NCBI GenBank assembly: GCA_046483025.1
Contig: JAWODZ010000126.1
Location: 11,981-75,980 of the forward strand
DNA from: a bacterium
Lineage (GTDB): Bacteria > Zhuqueibacterota > QNDG01 > CAYUAG01
Reading direction: 5' to 3'
Length of the DNA stretch: 64,000 nt
Shown here: piece by piece, positions 18,940 to 26,898 of the stretch
Layout of the letters: the number at the start of each line of letters is the position of its first letter
How positions within the stretch are numbered: position 1 is the stretch's first letter
The notes under the pieces: model-generated
What the model was told of the DNA's origin: nothing
The model's database searches: none
The model's input: the letters and a program-made list of their open reading frames with translations, nothing else
Made by a program: the position numbers and the translations under genes

Positions 18940-19173
18940 TTGAAAAAAATTTCTATGTTACAATTGCGGAAAAATTCAAAACAAATAATCCAATGGGCCC
19001 GGCAGGGGAAAAAAATGATTTTAACCTATAGGGGAAATCCTGTTTTTCGTATTGAACCTATACAGGAAAATTCACCGGATGAAAACGATTTATTTTATAG
19101 TATAGATAAGCTTGCTGTGGATGAAGGGCAAAATATAACCAACCAGAAAATGGATACAATCATTTATGAATAA
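18940..19173 (+). CDS. type II antitoxin, Phd/YefM-like
   Basis: 77 aa. TTG start with RBS AAAGGAG 7 nt upstream. Overlaps the downstream PIN toxin by 8 nt (ATGAATAA). Confidence 0.65.
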   Translation: MKKISMLQLRKNSKQIIQWARQGKKMILTYRGNPVFRIEPIQENSPDENDLFYSIDKLAVDEGQNITNQKMDTIIYE

Positions 19174-19579
19174 AAATATATTTATTGATACCAGCGGTTA
19201 TTATGCTTTACTTATAAATCAGGATAATGCCCATAGAAAAGCAGTAGATATTTTACATGAAGCAGCTGAGGAGAAAATTCAATTTATAACTTCAGATTAT
19301 ATTCTTGATGAGATTGCTACCTTACTTCAATTTCGAGGAGTCGGGCACTTACTTCCTGAATTTTTTAAAAGAGTTTTCAACTCTCAGGCGTGTAGAATTG
19401 AATGGATGGACGAAGAACTGTTTCAGCAAACTAAATTATTTTTTTTCAAAAATAGTGATCATAAATATTCATTCACGGATTGTTTTAGTTTTATATTGAT
19501 GCAAAGAAACGGATTGGAAAAAGCATTGACCAAAGATCATCATTTCCGGGAAGCTGGATTTATTTCTCTTTTGAGTTAA
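19166..19579 (+). CDS. vapC: type II toxin VapC (PIN domain ribonuclease)
   Basis: 137 aa. N-terminal IFIDTSGYYALL with Asp7, and later D/E acidic residues typical of the PIN fold. Confidence 0.75.
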   Translation: MNKNIFIDTSGYYALLINQDNAHRKAVDILHEAAEEKIQFITSDYILDEIATLLQFRGVGHLLPEFFKRVFNSQACRIEWMDEELFQQTKLFFFKNSDHKYSFTDCFSFILMQRNGLEKALTKDHHFREAGFISLLS

Positions 19580-19594
19580 TTTTCAGTGCAAAAA

Positions 19595-19648
19595 CCTCCT
19601 GAAGGTTTCGAATCCTTCATTTCATTCAGGACAGGCTCTTCAGGGGGG
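19595..19648. repeat. REP-like hairpin element (family C), copy 2, directly abutting repeat A copy 2
   Basis: cctcctgaaggtttcgaatccttcatttcattcaggacaggctcttcagggggg versus the copy at 5923-5969. Confidence 0.6.
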
Positions 19649-19841
19649 TGTACTTTTAGCCACGGATTTACACGGATAGACACGGATTTGGGTTGGTAAA
19701 TAACTCTTGAAAAAATTATTCATTGCAAATCACCCATTTCCCTCCCTCGAAGGGAGGAAATAAAGGGAGGGTGAGATCTGAGCAGTCACTCTCCCCGAAA
19801 GTGAAGCTACCCTTCTCTCATAAGGTTAGCTTCTGAATTGT
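19645..19841. repeat. about 200-bp dispersed intergenic repeat (family A), copy 2
   Basis: Aligned with 18599-18798 over its whole length: same CACGGAT triplet and same CCCTCCC..GGGAGG hairpin. Confidence 0.75.
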
Positions 19842-19926
19842 CCACCTAAACTTAAAAAAAATTTATAAAAATTGCTGAAAAATTTGTATCTTTATGATAA
19901 AAGGTTATTAATTAAAAAAGGCATAT

Positions 19927-21198
19927 ATGATGGGAAAAACATTTATTGAAAAAATGCTTGCCAAAAAATCCGGTAAAGAATCTGTAGAGGTTGGAGAAAT
20001 AGTAACAGTGAAACCTGATCATCTTTTAACTCATGATAATACCTCGGCTATAATTTCCAAGATCAAACCGGAATTAAAAAAATATGGAGTAGTTGATCCT
20101 GAATTTCCGGTCATTGTTCTTGATCATGTCATTCCGGCTGCCAGTGAAAAGAATGCATCCGGTCATAAAAAAATACGCGAGTTTGTAAAAGAACATTCCC
20201 TGATAAATTTTTTTGATATTGGAGAAGGAATCTGTCACCAGGTAGTGTATGAAAAGGGACTGGCTTTACCGGGAATGCTGGTGGTTGGAAGTGATTCCCA
20301 CACCTGTTCTTATGGTGCAGTGGGAGCCATGTCAATCGGAATTGACAGAACCGAAGCAGCAAGCTTACTGCTTACCGGTGAAATGTGGCTAAAGGTGGTT
20401 CCAACTATCAAGGTAACTGTTAAGGGTACACTGCAGCCCGGTGTGTCTGCCAAAGATGTCATCCTATATTTTATTGGTAGAATAGGTGCAGATGGTGCTA
20501 CCTACTGTGCAGTAGAATTTCACGGAGAAGTAGAGAATCTCAGCATGGATGAGCGCTTTACCATTGCCAATATGGGAATTGAAATGGGAGCCAAGATAGC
20601 AGTTTTTCCGGTGGATACTCTAACCAGAGAGTTTTTATCTTCGATAGGTATTAAGTCCGGTAGTTACAAGGAAGTTTGGGCTGATAAAGATGCTGAGTAT
20701 ATGGAGGAGCTAACCATTAATCTAAATGAGATCACGCCGGTGATTGCCAAACCGCATACGGTTGACAATGTAGTTAAGATCAGTGAAGTTAAGGGAACAT
20801 CCATTGATCAGGGATTGATCGGGACCTGTACCAATGGCAGATTAAGTGATTTCAGAGAAGCTGCAGAAATTCTTAAGGGGAAAAAGATTGCTAAAAATTT
20901 CCGGCTTTTAATTCTTCCGGCTTCCAGAAATATTTATCGACAGTTAGTGAAAGAGGGATTAATGGATACTCTGGTGGAATCAGGGGGAGTTATACTGCCC
21001 CCGGGTTGCGGTCCCTGTCTGGGGGCGCACCAGGGAGCTCTGGCTCCGAAAGAGACATGTCTGAGTACGGCAAACCGGAATTTCAAAGGGCGTATGGGTT
21101 GCAAGGAAGCAGAAATCTATCTGGGAAGTGCTCAAACAGTCGCAGCATCTGCTCTGTATGGTAAAATAACTGATCCCAGAAAGGAGATTAAAAAATGA
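19927..21198 (+). CDS. leuC: 3-isopropylmalate/homoaconitate dehydratase large subunit (archaeal-type LeuC)
   Basis: 423 aa. Motifs ..GSDSHT.., GTCTNGR and PGCGPCLG. Confidence 0.85.
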   Translation: MMGKTFIEKMLAKKSGKESVEVGEIVTVKPDHLLTHDNTSAIISKIKPELKKYGVVDPEFPVIVLDHVIPAASEKNASGHKKIREFVKEHSLINFFDIGEGICHQVVYEKGLALPGMLVVGSDSHTCSYGAVGAMSIGIDRTEAASLLLTGEMWLKVVPTIKVTVKGTLQPGVSAKDVILYFIGRIGADGATYCAVEFHGEVENLSMDERFTIANMGIEMGAKIAVFPVDTLTREFLSSIGIKSGSYKEVWADKDAEYMEELTINLNEITPVIAKPHTVDNVVKISEVKGTSIDQGLIGTCTNGRLSDFREAAEILKGKKIAKNFRLLILPASRNIYRQLVKEGLMDTLVESGGVILPPGCGPCLGAHQGALAPKETCLSTANRNFKGRMGCKEAEIYLGSAQTVAASALYGKITDPRKEIKK

Positions 21199-21677
21199 AG
21201 GTATGGAAATATAGTGATGATATTAATACTGATATGCTTTTCCCGGGTAAATATACCTATACCTGTTCCACACCCGAGGAAATCAAACCTCATTTACTGG
21301 AAGATTTGGATCCTGATTTCAACAAGCAGGTCCAACCAGGGGATGTTATTTTTGCCGGAAAGAATTTTGGCTGCGGCAGTTCACGAGAACAGCCGGCTGT
21401 AGGATTAAAACATGTGGGGATAGCAGCAATAGTAGCAAAAAGTTTTTCCAGAATTTTTTACCGTGCCTCTTTAAATCAGGGATTACTACTTATAGAATCT
21501 CCTGAAAGTGTGGAAGCTTATACTTCCGGGGATCAGGTAGAGATAAAAGCCAGGGAAGGGAAAATATTGGTTGGGGATAAAGAATTTAGCTTTCCCCGAC
21601 TCCCTGATTCTATTATCGGAATAATGGAAGCAGGTGGATTACTGGAATATACTCGGAGGAGGTTGGGAAAAAGTTAG
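21195..21677 (+). CDS. leuD: 3-isopropylmalate/homoaconitate dehydratase small subunit (LeuD)
   Basis: 160 aa. GKNFGCGSSREQ motif. Its ATGA overlaps the leuC stop. Confidence 0.85.
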   Translation: MKVWKYSDDINTDMLFPGKYTYTCSTPEEIKPHLLEDLDPDFNKQVQPGDVIFAGKNFGCGSSREQPAVGLKHVGIAAIVAKSFSRIFYRASLNQGLLLIESPESVEAYTSGDQVEIKAREGKILVGDKEFSFPRLPDSIIGIMEAGGLLEYTRRRLGKS

Positions 21678-21785
21678 GTTCGGTTAAGGTTCAGGGTTCA
21701 AAGGTTCAGAGTTCAGGGTTGGAAGGTTAATAATCAACATATATCCTGAATTTTAAACCCGGAACTCAGAACTCTGAAATTTGAA
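21677..21785. repeat. short tandem repeat (GGTTCAG-type heptamers) plus complementary CTGAA-rich arm forming an imperfect long hairpin
   Basis: aggttcggttaaggttcagggttcaaaggttcagagttcagggttgg, then ...cctgaattttaaacccggaactcagaactctgaaatttgaa. TTCAGAGTTC pairs with GAACTCTGAA. Confidence 0.6.
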
Positions 21786-21842
21786 TTTAAAAAACCTAAG
21801 CAGTTTCTAGTAATCAGATAAACTTAGTAATTTTACAATGAG

Positions 21843-23138
21843 GTGATGATGCGATTATATGAGAATGAATCAAAGAAAATTTTCACTCGTCAAGGAATTC
21901 CGGTTCCCGGTCAGCTGGGAATAATATGCAGATCCAAGGAAGTTAAAAAAGTTTTAAAAGAGAGTGACTTCCCGGTGATGTTGAAATCTTTAATACTGGT
22001 AGGAGGAAGAGGAAAAGCAGGAGGAATAAAAAAGGCAAACAATGTTGCAGAAGCAGAAAGGAATGCCAAGAAGATTTTAAAAATGAGAATCAAGGGATAT
22101 CCGGTTGAAATGCTCATGCTGGAAAAGGCGGTTGTAGAAAACAGTGCAGTATATCTGGGAGTAACCATGAATCCTGAAACCTATAACAATATCATTATTG
22201 TAAGTCCCTCCGGAGGAGTAGATATTGAAACTGTAGCCAATGAGACTCCGGAGTTAATTTTCAGGTTGGAGTTGAAAGAAAATGAAAAGATCCTGCCGGA
22301 TGCTGCTGCTCAAAATGCTTCCGATTTTTTGACTGAGCATCTGGATACAGATGCTCAGTTCAATAATGAATTAAAAGACATTATTTCCATACTCTATAAT
22401 ACTTATCAAAAGCTGGACTGTAAAACTGCAGAGATTAATCCTTTGATTATCACTCCTGAAGGTCCGGTGGCAGCGGATGCCAAAATTGTGCTGGATGATA
22501 ATGCTCTGTTCAGACAAAAAGAAGTTTTCGGATTGCTGGGCATAAAAGAAGTCAGACATGATGTTTCCGAACCTACCAGAAATGAAGTCAGGGCTAGAGA
22601 GGCCGGATTTCCCTATGTTGATTTGCTTTCTGAAGATCACAAAAAAGACAATGATAAACTCTATGTTGGTCTGGTACCCGGGGGTGCCGGATATGGAATA
22701 TTTTCCATTGATGAAGTAGCCAATGTAGGAGAACGATTCTTTGACGGTCGAGTGATTCCGGTAAATTTTATGGATTCCGGGGGAGGTCCCTCCCTGGAGA
22801 AAGTTGCTGAAATGTTTCATTTGTTAATGGATTATAAGATTGTGGATTTAATTATTACTTCCAGATTCGGGGGTATTTCTTCCTGTGATACTTTTATCAA
22901 AGGATTGATTCAAGCAATTCTGGACCGGTTCAGATCAGGCAGGAGAATGATTCCTGTGTATGGCCGCATGGTGGGAACAGATCTTCCCAGTGCACGGGAA
23001 TATTTAGATAAAGCCAAGCAAAGATATTCAGAAGAATTAAAGGATATGGATATAACCGTTGGTAATAAAAAGATAATGGCAGAAGTTATCCGAGAAGGTA
23101 TTGAAAAAGCATTTAATAATAAGGAAAGGAAATCATGA
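21843..23138 (+). CDS. aclB: ATP-citrate lyase small subunit (ATP-grasp, SucC-like)
   Basis: 431 aa ATP-grasp fold (..VMLKSLILVGGRGKAGG..). Translationally coupled to the downstream large subunit (ATGA overlap at 23135). Confidence 0.75.
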   Translation: MMMRLYENESKKIFTRQGIPVPGQLGIICRSKEVKKVLKESDFPVMLKSLILVGGRGKAGGIKKANNVAEAERNAKKILKMRIKGYPVEMLMLEKAVVENSAVYLGVTMNPETYNNIIIVSPSGGVDIETVANETPELIFRLELKENEKILPDAAAQNASDFLTEHLDTDAQFNNELKDIISILYNTYQKLDCKTAEINPLIITPEGPVAADAKIVLDDNALFRQKEVFGLLGIKEVRHDVSEPTRNEVRAREAGFPYVDLLSEDHKKDNDKLYVGLVPGGAGYGIFSIDEVANVGERFFDGRVIPVNFMDSGGGPSLEKVAEMFHLLMDYKIVDLIITSRFGGISSCDTFIKGLIQAILDRFRSGRRMIPVYGRMVGTDLPSAREYLDKAKQRYSEELKDMDITVGNKKIMAEVIREGIEKAFNNKERKS

Positions 23139-25279
23139 AGCAAAAAATAAATGCTACTGAAGGAATGCTCTATTATATTGTAGAAAAGATACGGCCGAAA
23201 CTGGCTGAAAAGATAAAAAAGACCAATGAGCTGGAAACCATGATTATTGGATTGGGGGGACAGGGTACTAAACATGCAGGATTGATGAAAGAATTTGGAA
23301 CAAATGTAACTGCAGGGGTTGCTCCGGGAAAGGGGGGAAGAAGGGTACATGAAACTATTCCGGTCTATAATACAATTCAAGAGACTTTGGAAAACCACCC
23401 GAATATTGTAGCAGCCAGTATCTGGAGACATTATTCTACTGCAAAAAATTCTGCTGTTGAAGCTATTGAAGCAGGGATACCGCTGATTGTTTTAATTTCT
23501 GAGTTTATTCCTCTGAAAGATGTACGAGATATTCTCATTACAGCCAGAAAACATAATACTCTCTTAATCGGCGGCAATACTCCGGGTTTGATATTTCCTC
23601 CGGAAAGGATTAAAATCGGAATGCTTCCTGATGTTTTTCAGCCCCAGGTGAAAAAATCCGGTCAGTTGGGATCAAAAGGGGTTACCATTATTTCCAGAAG
23701 CGGAGCAATTCTGTATCATATGTCGGATGCAATGTCCAGTGTGGGGATAGCCCAGAATGCAGTTATCGGAGTGGGAGGAGATGGAGCTATTGGTTCAACT
23801 TTTAAAGATTTGGTACCTCTGGCCATGGAATATAAGAATACAGATGCAGTGGTGGTGGCAGGTGAGATCGGAGGATGTCAGGAAGAAGTTCTGGCCCGGG
23901 ATATGAAAGAGAATCCGGAGAAATATCCCAAACCCTTAATAGCTTTAATTTCCGGGGCCCATGCTCCGGAAGGAAAAACCATGGGACATGCAGGTGCAAT
24001 AGTAACTCCGGGAGGAGAAACCGGAACTTTCGCTTCCAAAAAGAAAGCTTTAGAAGAAGCGGGTGTGATAGTTGTTAACAGTCAATATGATTTAATTACA
24101 GCTGTTCAGAAAGCACTTCAGGATAAACAATATTTCGATCCGAAAGAATATTATAAAAAAATGAAAGAAAAATGGGAGGCACCTCCTCCTGAGCCCAGCT
24201 GGGGAACTATGATCACAGAGGTTAAGCCTAATAATTTGATAATCAGAGGATACGGACTACAGGATATTATAGAAAGTACTTCTCTTCTTTCTGCTGCTAG
24301 CTTAATTCTTCAAGGCGAGATTTTAGATGAACGATACGGCAGAGCGTTGAACAAACTTGCCTGTGATGCTGCCAAAAAGAGAGCACCTGAAATCCCTCAT
24401 AATCCGGATGAAGATATCTCCAAGAGTTTACAGAAGTATTTATTAAACGATGAAGAGCTGGTAAGTTTTGAGCCTCAGGGTGAAAACAGACCGGTTGAAA
24501 AATCCATCTATTGTCTGGGACGTTTTTGCTCCTATTTAGCTGATTCCCTGGGTAATCAAAAAGTCTTGATGGAAAAAAGTGATAGAGAGAATTTTTCTGA
24601 TTTGATTTATAACGCCTTAACCGGGGAATCGCAAAATATAGAAAAATCAAAAATGATAGAAGCAATGATAACGGCCTGCATTGATCATGGTGTAACTCCA
24701 CCTTCTGCTCAGGCTACACTTATTGCTGCTTCAGTGAGGGCAGATTATGAAGTTGCAGTTGCGCAAGGTGTGGGAGCTATTACTGATGTTCATGGTGGTG
24801 CCGGCGAAAAAGCAGCCGAATTTTTTATCAAATGTGCCGCCTTGGCTAAAGAGCGGAAAATTTCCCTGAAAGATGCAACCTATACTATGATGCAACAGTT
24901 CATTACTTCAGGTATCAGAATTGAAGGAATGGGCCACCGCATTCACACCCAGGATCCCAGAAGAGATGTTCTGTGGTCAATAGCAGAGAAAAATAAAATT
25001 TCAGGAGACTGTATAAAAATATCAAAGATCGCAAGTGGGGTTTTACAGCAGATAAGGGGGATTAATCTGCCGGTAAATGTGGATGGAGTAATTGGAGCAA
25101 TTATAGCGGATATGGGACTTGATCCCAAATGTGCGAAAGCAATTTTTATTTTTGGTCGGGTCTGTGGGCTGTCTGCGCATTATTTTGAAGAAATCATTAC
25201 ACAGTCACCTATGCGCAGAATTAATTTTTCTCAAGCTGTATACAAGGGAAGTAAAGAGAGAAAGTTTCCTAAAACCTGA
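23135..25279 (+). CDS. aclA: ATP-citrate lyase large subunit (CoA-binding SucD-like domain plus citrate-synthase-like domain)
   Basis: N-terminal CoA-binding GLGGQGTKH. Phosphohistidine loop MGHAGAIV. C-terminal citrate synthase-type GMGHRIH motif. Confidence 0.75.
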   Translation: MKQKINATEGMLYYIVEKIRPKLAEKIKKTNELETMIIGLGGQGTKHAGLMKEFGTNVTAGVAPGKGGRRVHETIPVYNTIQETLENHPNIVAASIWRHYSTAKNSAVEAIEAGIPLIVLISEFIPLKDVRDILITARKHNTLLIGGNTPGLIFPPERIKIGMLPDVFQPQVKKSGQLGSKGVTIISRSGAILYHMSDAMSSVGIAQNAVIGVGGDGAIGSTFKDLVPLAMEYKNTDAVVVAGEIGGCQEEVLARDMKENPEKYPKPLIALISGAHAPEGKTMGHAGAIVTPGGETGTFASKKKALEEAGVIVVNSQYDLITAVQKALQDKQYFDPKEYYKKMKEKWEAPPPEPSWGTMITEVKPNNLIIRGYGLQDIIESTSLLSAASLILQGEILDERYGRALNKLACDAAKKRAPEIPHNPDEDISKSLQKYLLNDEELVSFEPQGENRPVEKSIYCLGRFCSYLADSLGNQKVLMEKSDRENFSDLIYNALTGESQNIEKSKMIEAMITACIDHGVTPPSAQATLIAASVRADYEVAVAQGVGAITDVHGGAGEKAAEFFIKCAALAKERKISLKDATYTMMQQFITSGIRIEGMGHRIHTQDPRRDVLWSIAEKNKISGDCIKISKIASGVLQQIRGINLPVNVDGVIGAIIADMGLDPKCAKAIFIFGRVCGLSAHYFEEIITQSPMRRINFSQAVYKGSKERKFPKT

Positions 25280-25366
25280 TATTTTTTATAAAATGCAGAG
25301 TTTGCTGAGAAAATGGAGGAAAATTGAAATAGTTTTAATTACTAATTTTTCTAACAGGAGAGTAAT

Positions 25367-26740
25367 ATGAATAAAAATATTTTCAGAACCTATGATATCC
25401 GGGGAATTGCTGATAAAGATCTGACAGATGATGTAGTAGAAATGATCGGAAAAGCATATGGTACCTACATGATCAGGAAAAAGAAAAAAACTATTACCGT
25501 GGGAAGAGATATCCGGTTGTCTTCGGAACGAATAAAAAATGCTTTAGTTCGGGGAGTTCTTTCTACTGGAGTAAATGTTATTGATGTGGGAGTGGTACCT
25601 ACTCCGGTTGTTTATTTTTCAATTGTTCATTATGCAACAGATGGGAGTGTAATGATAACCGGTAGTCATAATCCTATAGAATATAATGGTCTTAAAATGA
25701 ACAATGGGCTGTATTCAATTTACGGAGATGAGGTTATAAAAATAAGAGAACTTATTGAGAAACAAGATTTTGAATCAGGGGATGGCTCCATTGAGAATCG
25801 GGAAATAGTATCTCATTATAAACAGATGCTCAGGGAGAGAATAAACATAAATAAACCTTTTAAAATAGTTATTGATGCCGGAAATGGAACTGCTGGACCT
25901 ATTGCTCCGGATATGTTTGAGGAGTTTGGATGTACAGTAACACGACTTTATTGTGACCCTGATGGTACCTTTCCCAACCATCTTCCTGATCCAACTGTGA
26001 TGAAATATATTGAGAAGCTGCGTACAACAGTAGTGGAGGAACATGCTGATATTGGGATCGGATATGACGGAGATTCAGATAGAATGGGGATTGTAGATGA
26101 TAGGGGAAAGGTTATCTATGCTGATAAGTTACTGGCAGTTTTAGCCAGAGAAGTATTGAAGAAGAACCCAGGATCAAAAATAATTTTTGATGTAAAATGC
26201 TCTCAGTTGGTTCCTGAAGAGATTGAGAGAATGGGTGGAATACCCCTGATGTGGAAAACAGGTCATTCCATAATCAAAGAAAAGATGAGAAATGAGCAAG
26301 CTCCACTTGCAGGAGAGATGTCCGGGCATATATTTTTTAAAGATGGGTATTTCGGGTATGATGATGGTATTTTTTCTTCCTTCCGTTTACTGCAGTATTT
26401 ATCCAAGCAAAAACAGACTCTAGGAGAAATTGTTGATCAGTTACCACAGTTTTATTCCACCCCTGAAATAAGAATTGCCTGTCCGGATGATAAGAAATTC
26501 AAAATTGTGGAAAAACTGAAAGAGGATTTTAAAAAAGAACATGAGGTTATTGATGTTGACGGGGCCCGAGTATTATTTGGGGACGGTTGGGGATTGGTCA
26601 GAGTTTCCAATACCCAGCCACTTCTAGTACTTCGTTTTGAAGCTAAAACAGAGAAGCGTTTAAAAGAAATGATAGCGTTGTTTAAGGAAAGACTCATTAA
26701 ATTTCCTTCTGTTGCGGTTGAAGAAATGGATAACATTTAA
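25367..26740 (+). CDS. phosphoglucomutase/phosphomannomutase (alpha-D-phosphohexomutase family)
   Basis: Active-site ITGSHNP, metal loop DGDSDR, sugar loop GEMSGH. Confidence 0.9.
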   Translation: MNKNIFRTYDIRGIADKDLTDDVVEMIGKAYGTYMIRKKKKTITVGRDIRLSSERIKNALVRGVLSTGVNVIDVGVVPTPVVYFSIVHYATDGSVMITGSHNPIEYNGLKMNNGLYSIYGDEVIKIRELIEKQDFESGDGSIENREIVSHYKQMLRERININKPFKIVIDAGNGTAGPIAPDMFEEFGCTVTRLYCDPDGTFPNHLPDPTVMKYIEKLRTTVVEEHADIGIGYDGDSDRMGIVDDRGKVIYADKLLAVLAREVLKKNPGSKIIFDVKCSQLVPEEIERMGGIPLMWKTGHSIIKEKMRNEQAPLAGEMSGHIFFKDGYFGYDDGIFSSFRLLQYLSKQKQTLGEIVDQLPQFYSTPEIRIACPDDKKFKIVEKLKEDFKKEHEVIDVDGARVLFGDGWGLVRVSNTQPLLVLRFEAKTEKRLKEMIALFKERLIKFPSVAVEEMDNI

Positions 26741-26898
26741 TCTTTTAATGATTTGGCATGATATTAGCCTTTATTTTATTCAATAGAGAATAAGGTAAGC
26801 AATGATTATGTATAAGTTTATATTATTTATTAATTTATATGGGTTATTAATACCTTTTAGATTTATTGAATTTAAGAAATAGTGGATAATATTCTTTC

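Noticed and set aside
19596-19648. tRNA-like T-arm motif GGTTTCGAATCC in the family-C element (also GGTTTTGAATCC at 5931)
   Set aside because: No acceptor stem, D-arm or anticodon arm can be built around it. It is a REP-like hairpin that merely contains a T-loop-like string.
21677-21730. Possible CRISPR array (regular GGTTCAG repeats) and the TCTTGAG array at 58978-59022
   Set aside because: The units are 7-8 bp and directly tandem with no spacers of unique sequence. There are no cas genes in the window. They are microsatellite-like tandem repeats, not CRISPR.
22910-23431. 173-aa minus-strand ORF spanning the aclB/aclA junction
   Set aside because: It is antisense to two translationally coupled, motif-bearing genes, and its translation has odd composition and no start context.
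25119-25370. 83-aa ORF overlapping the end of aclA and the PGM start region
   Set aside because: It overlaps aclA out of frame and ends at the PGM start. It has no RBS and low-complexity sequence.
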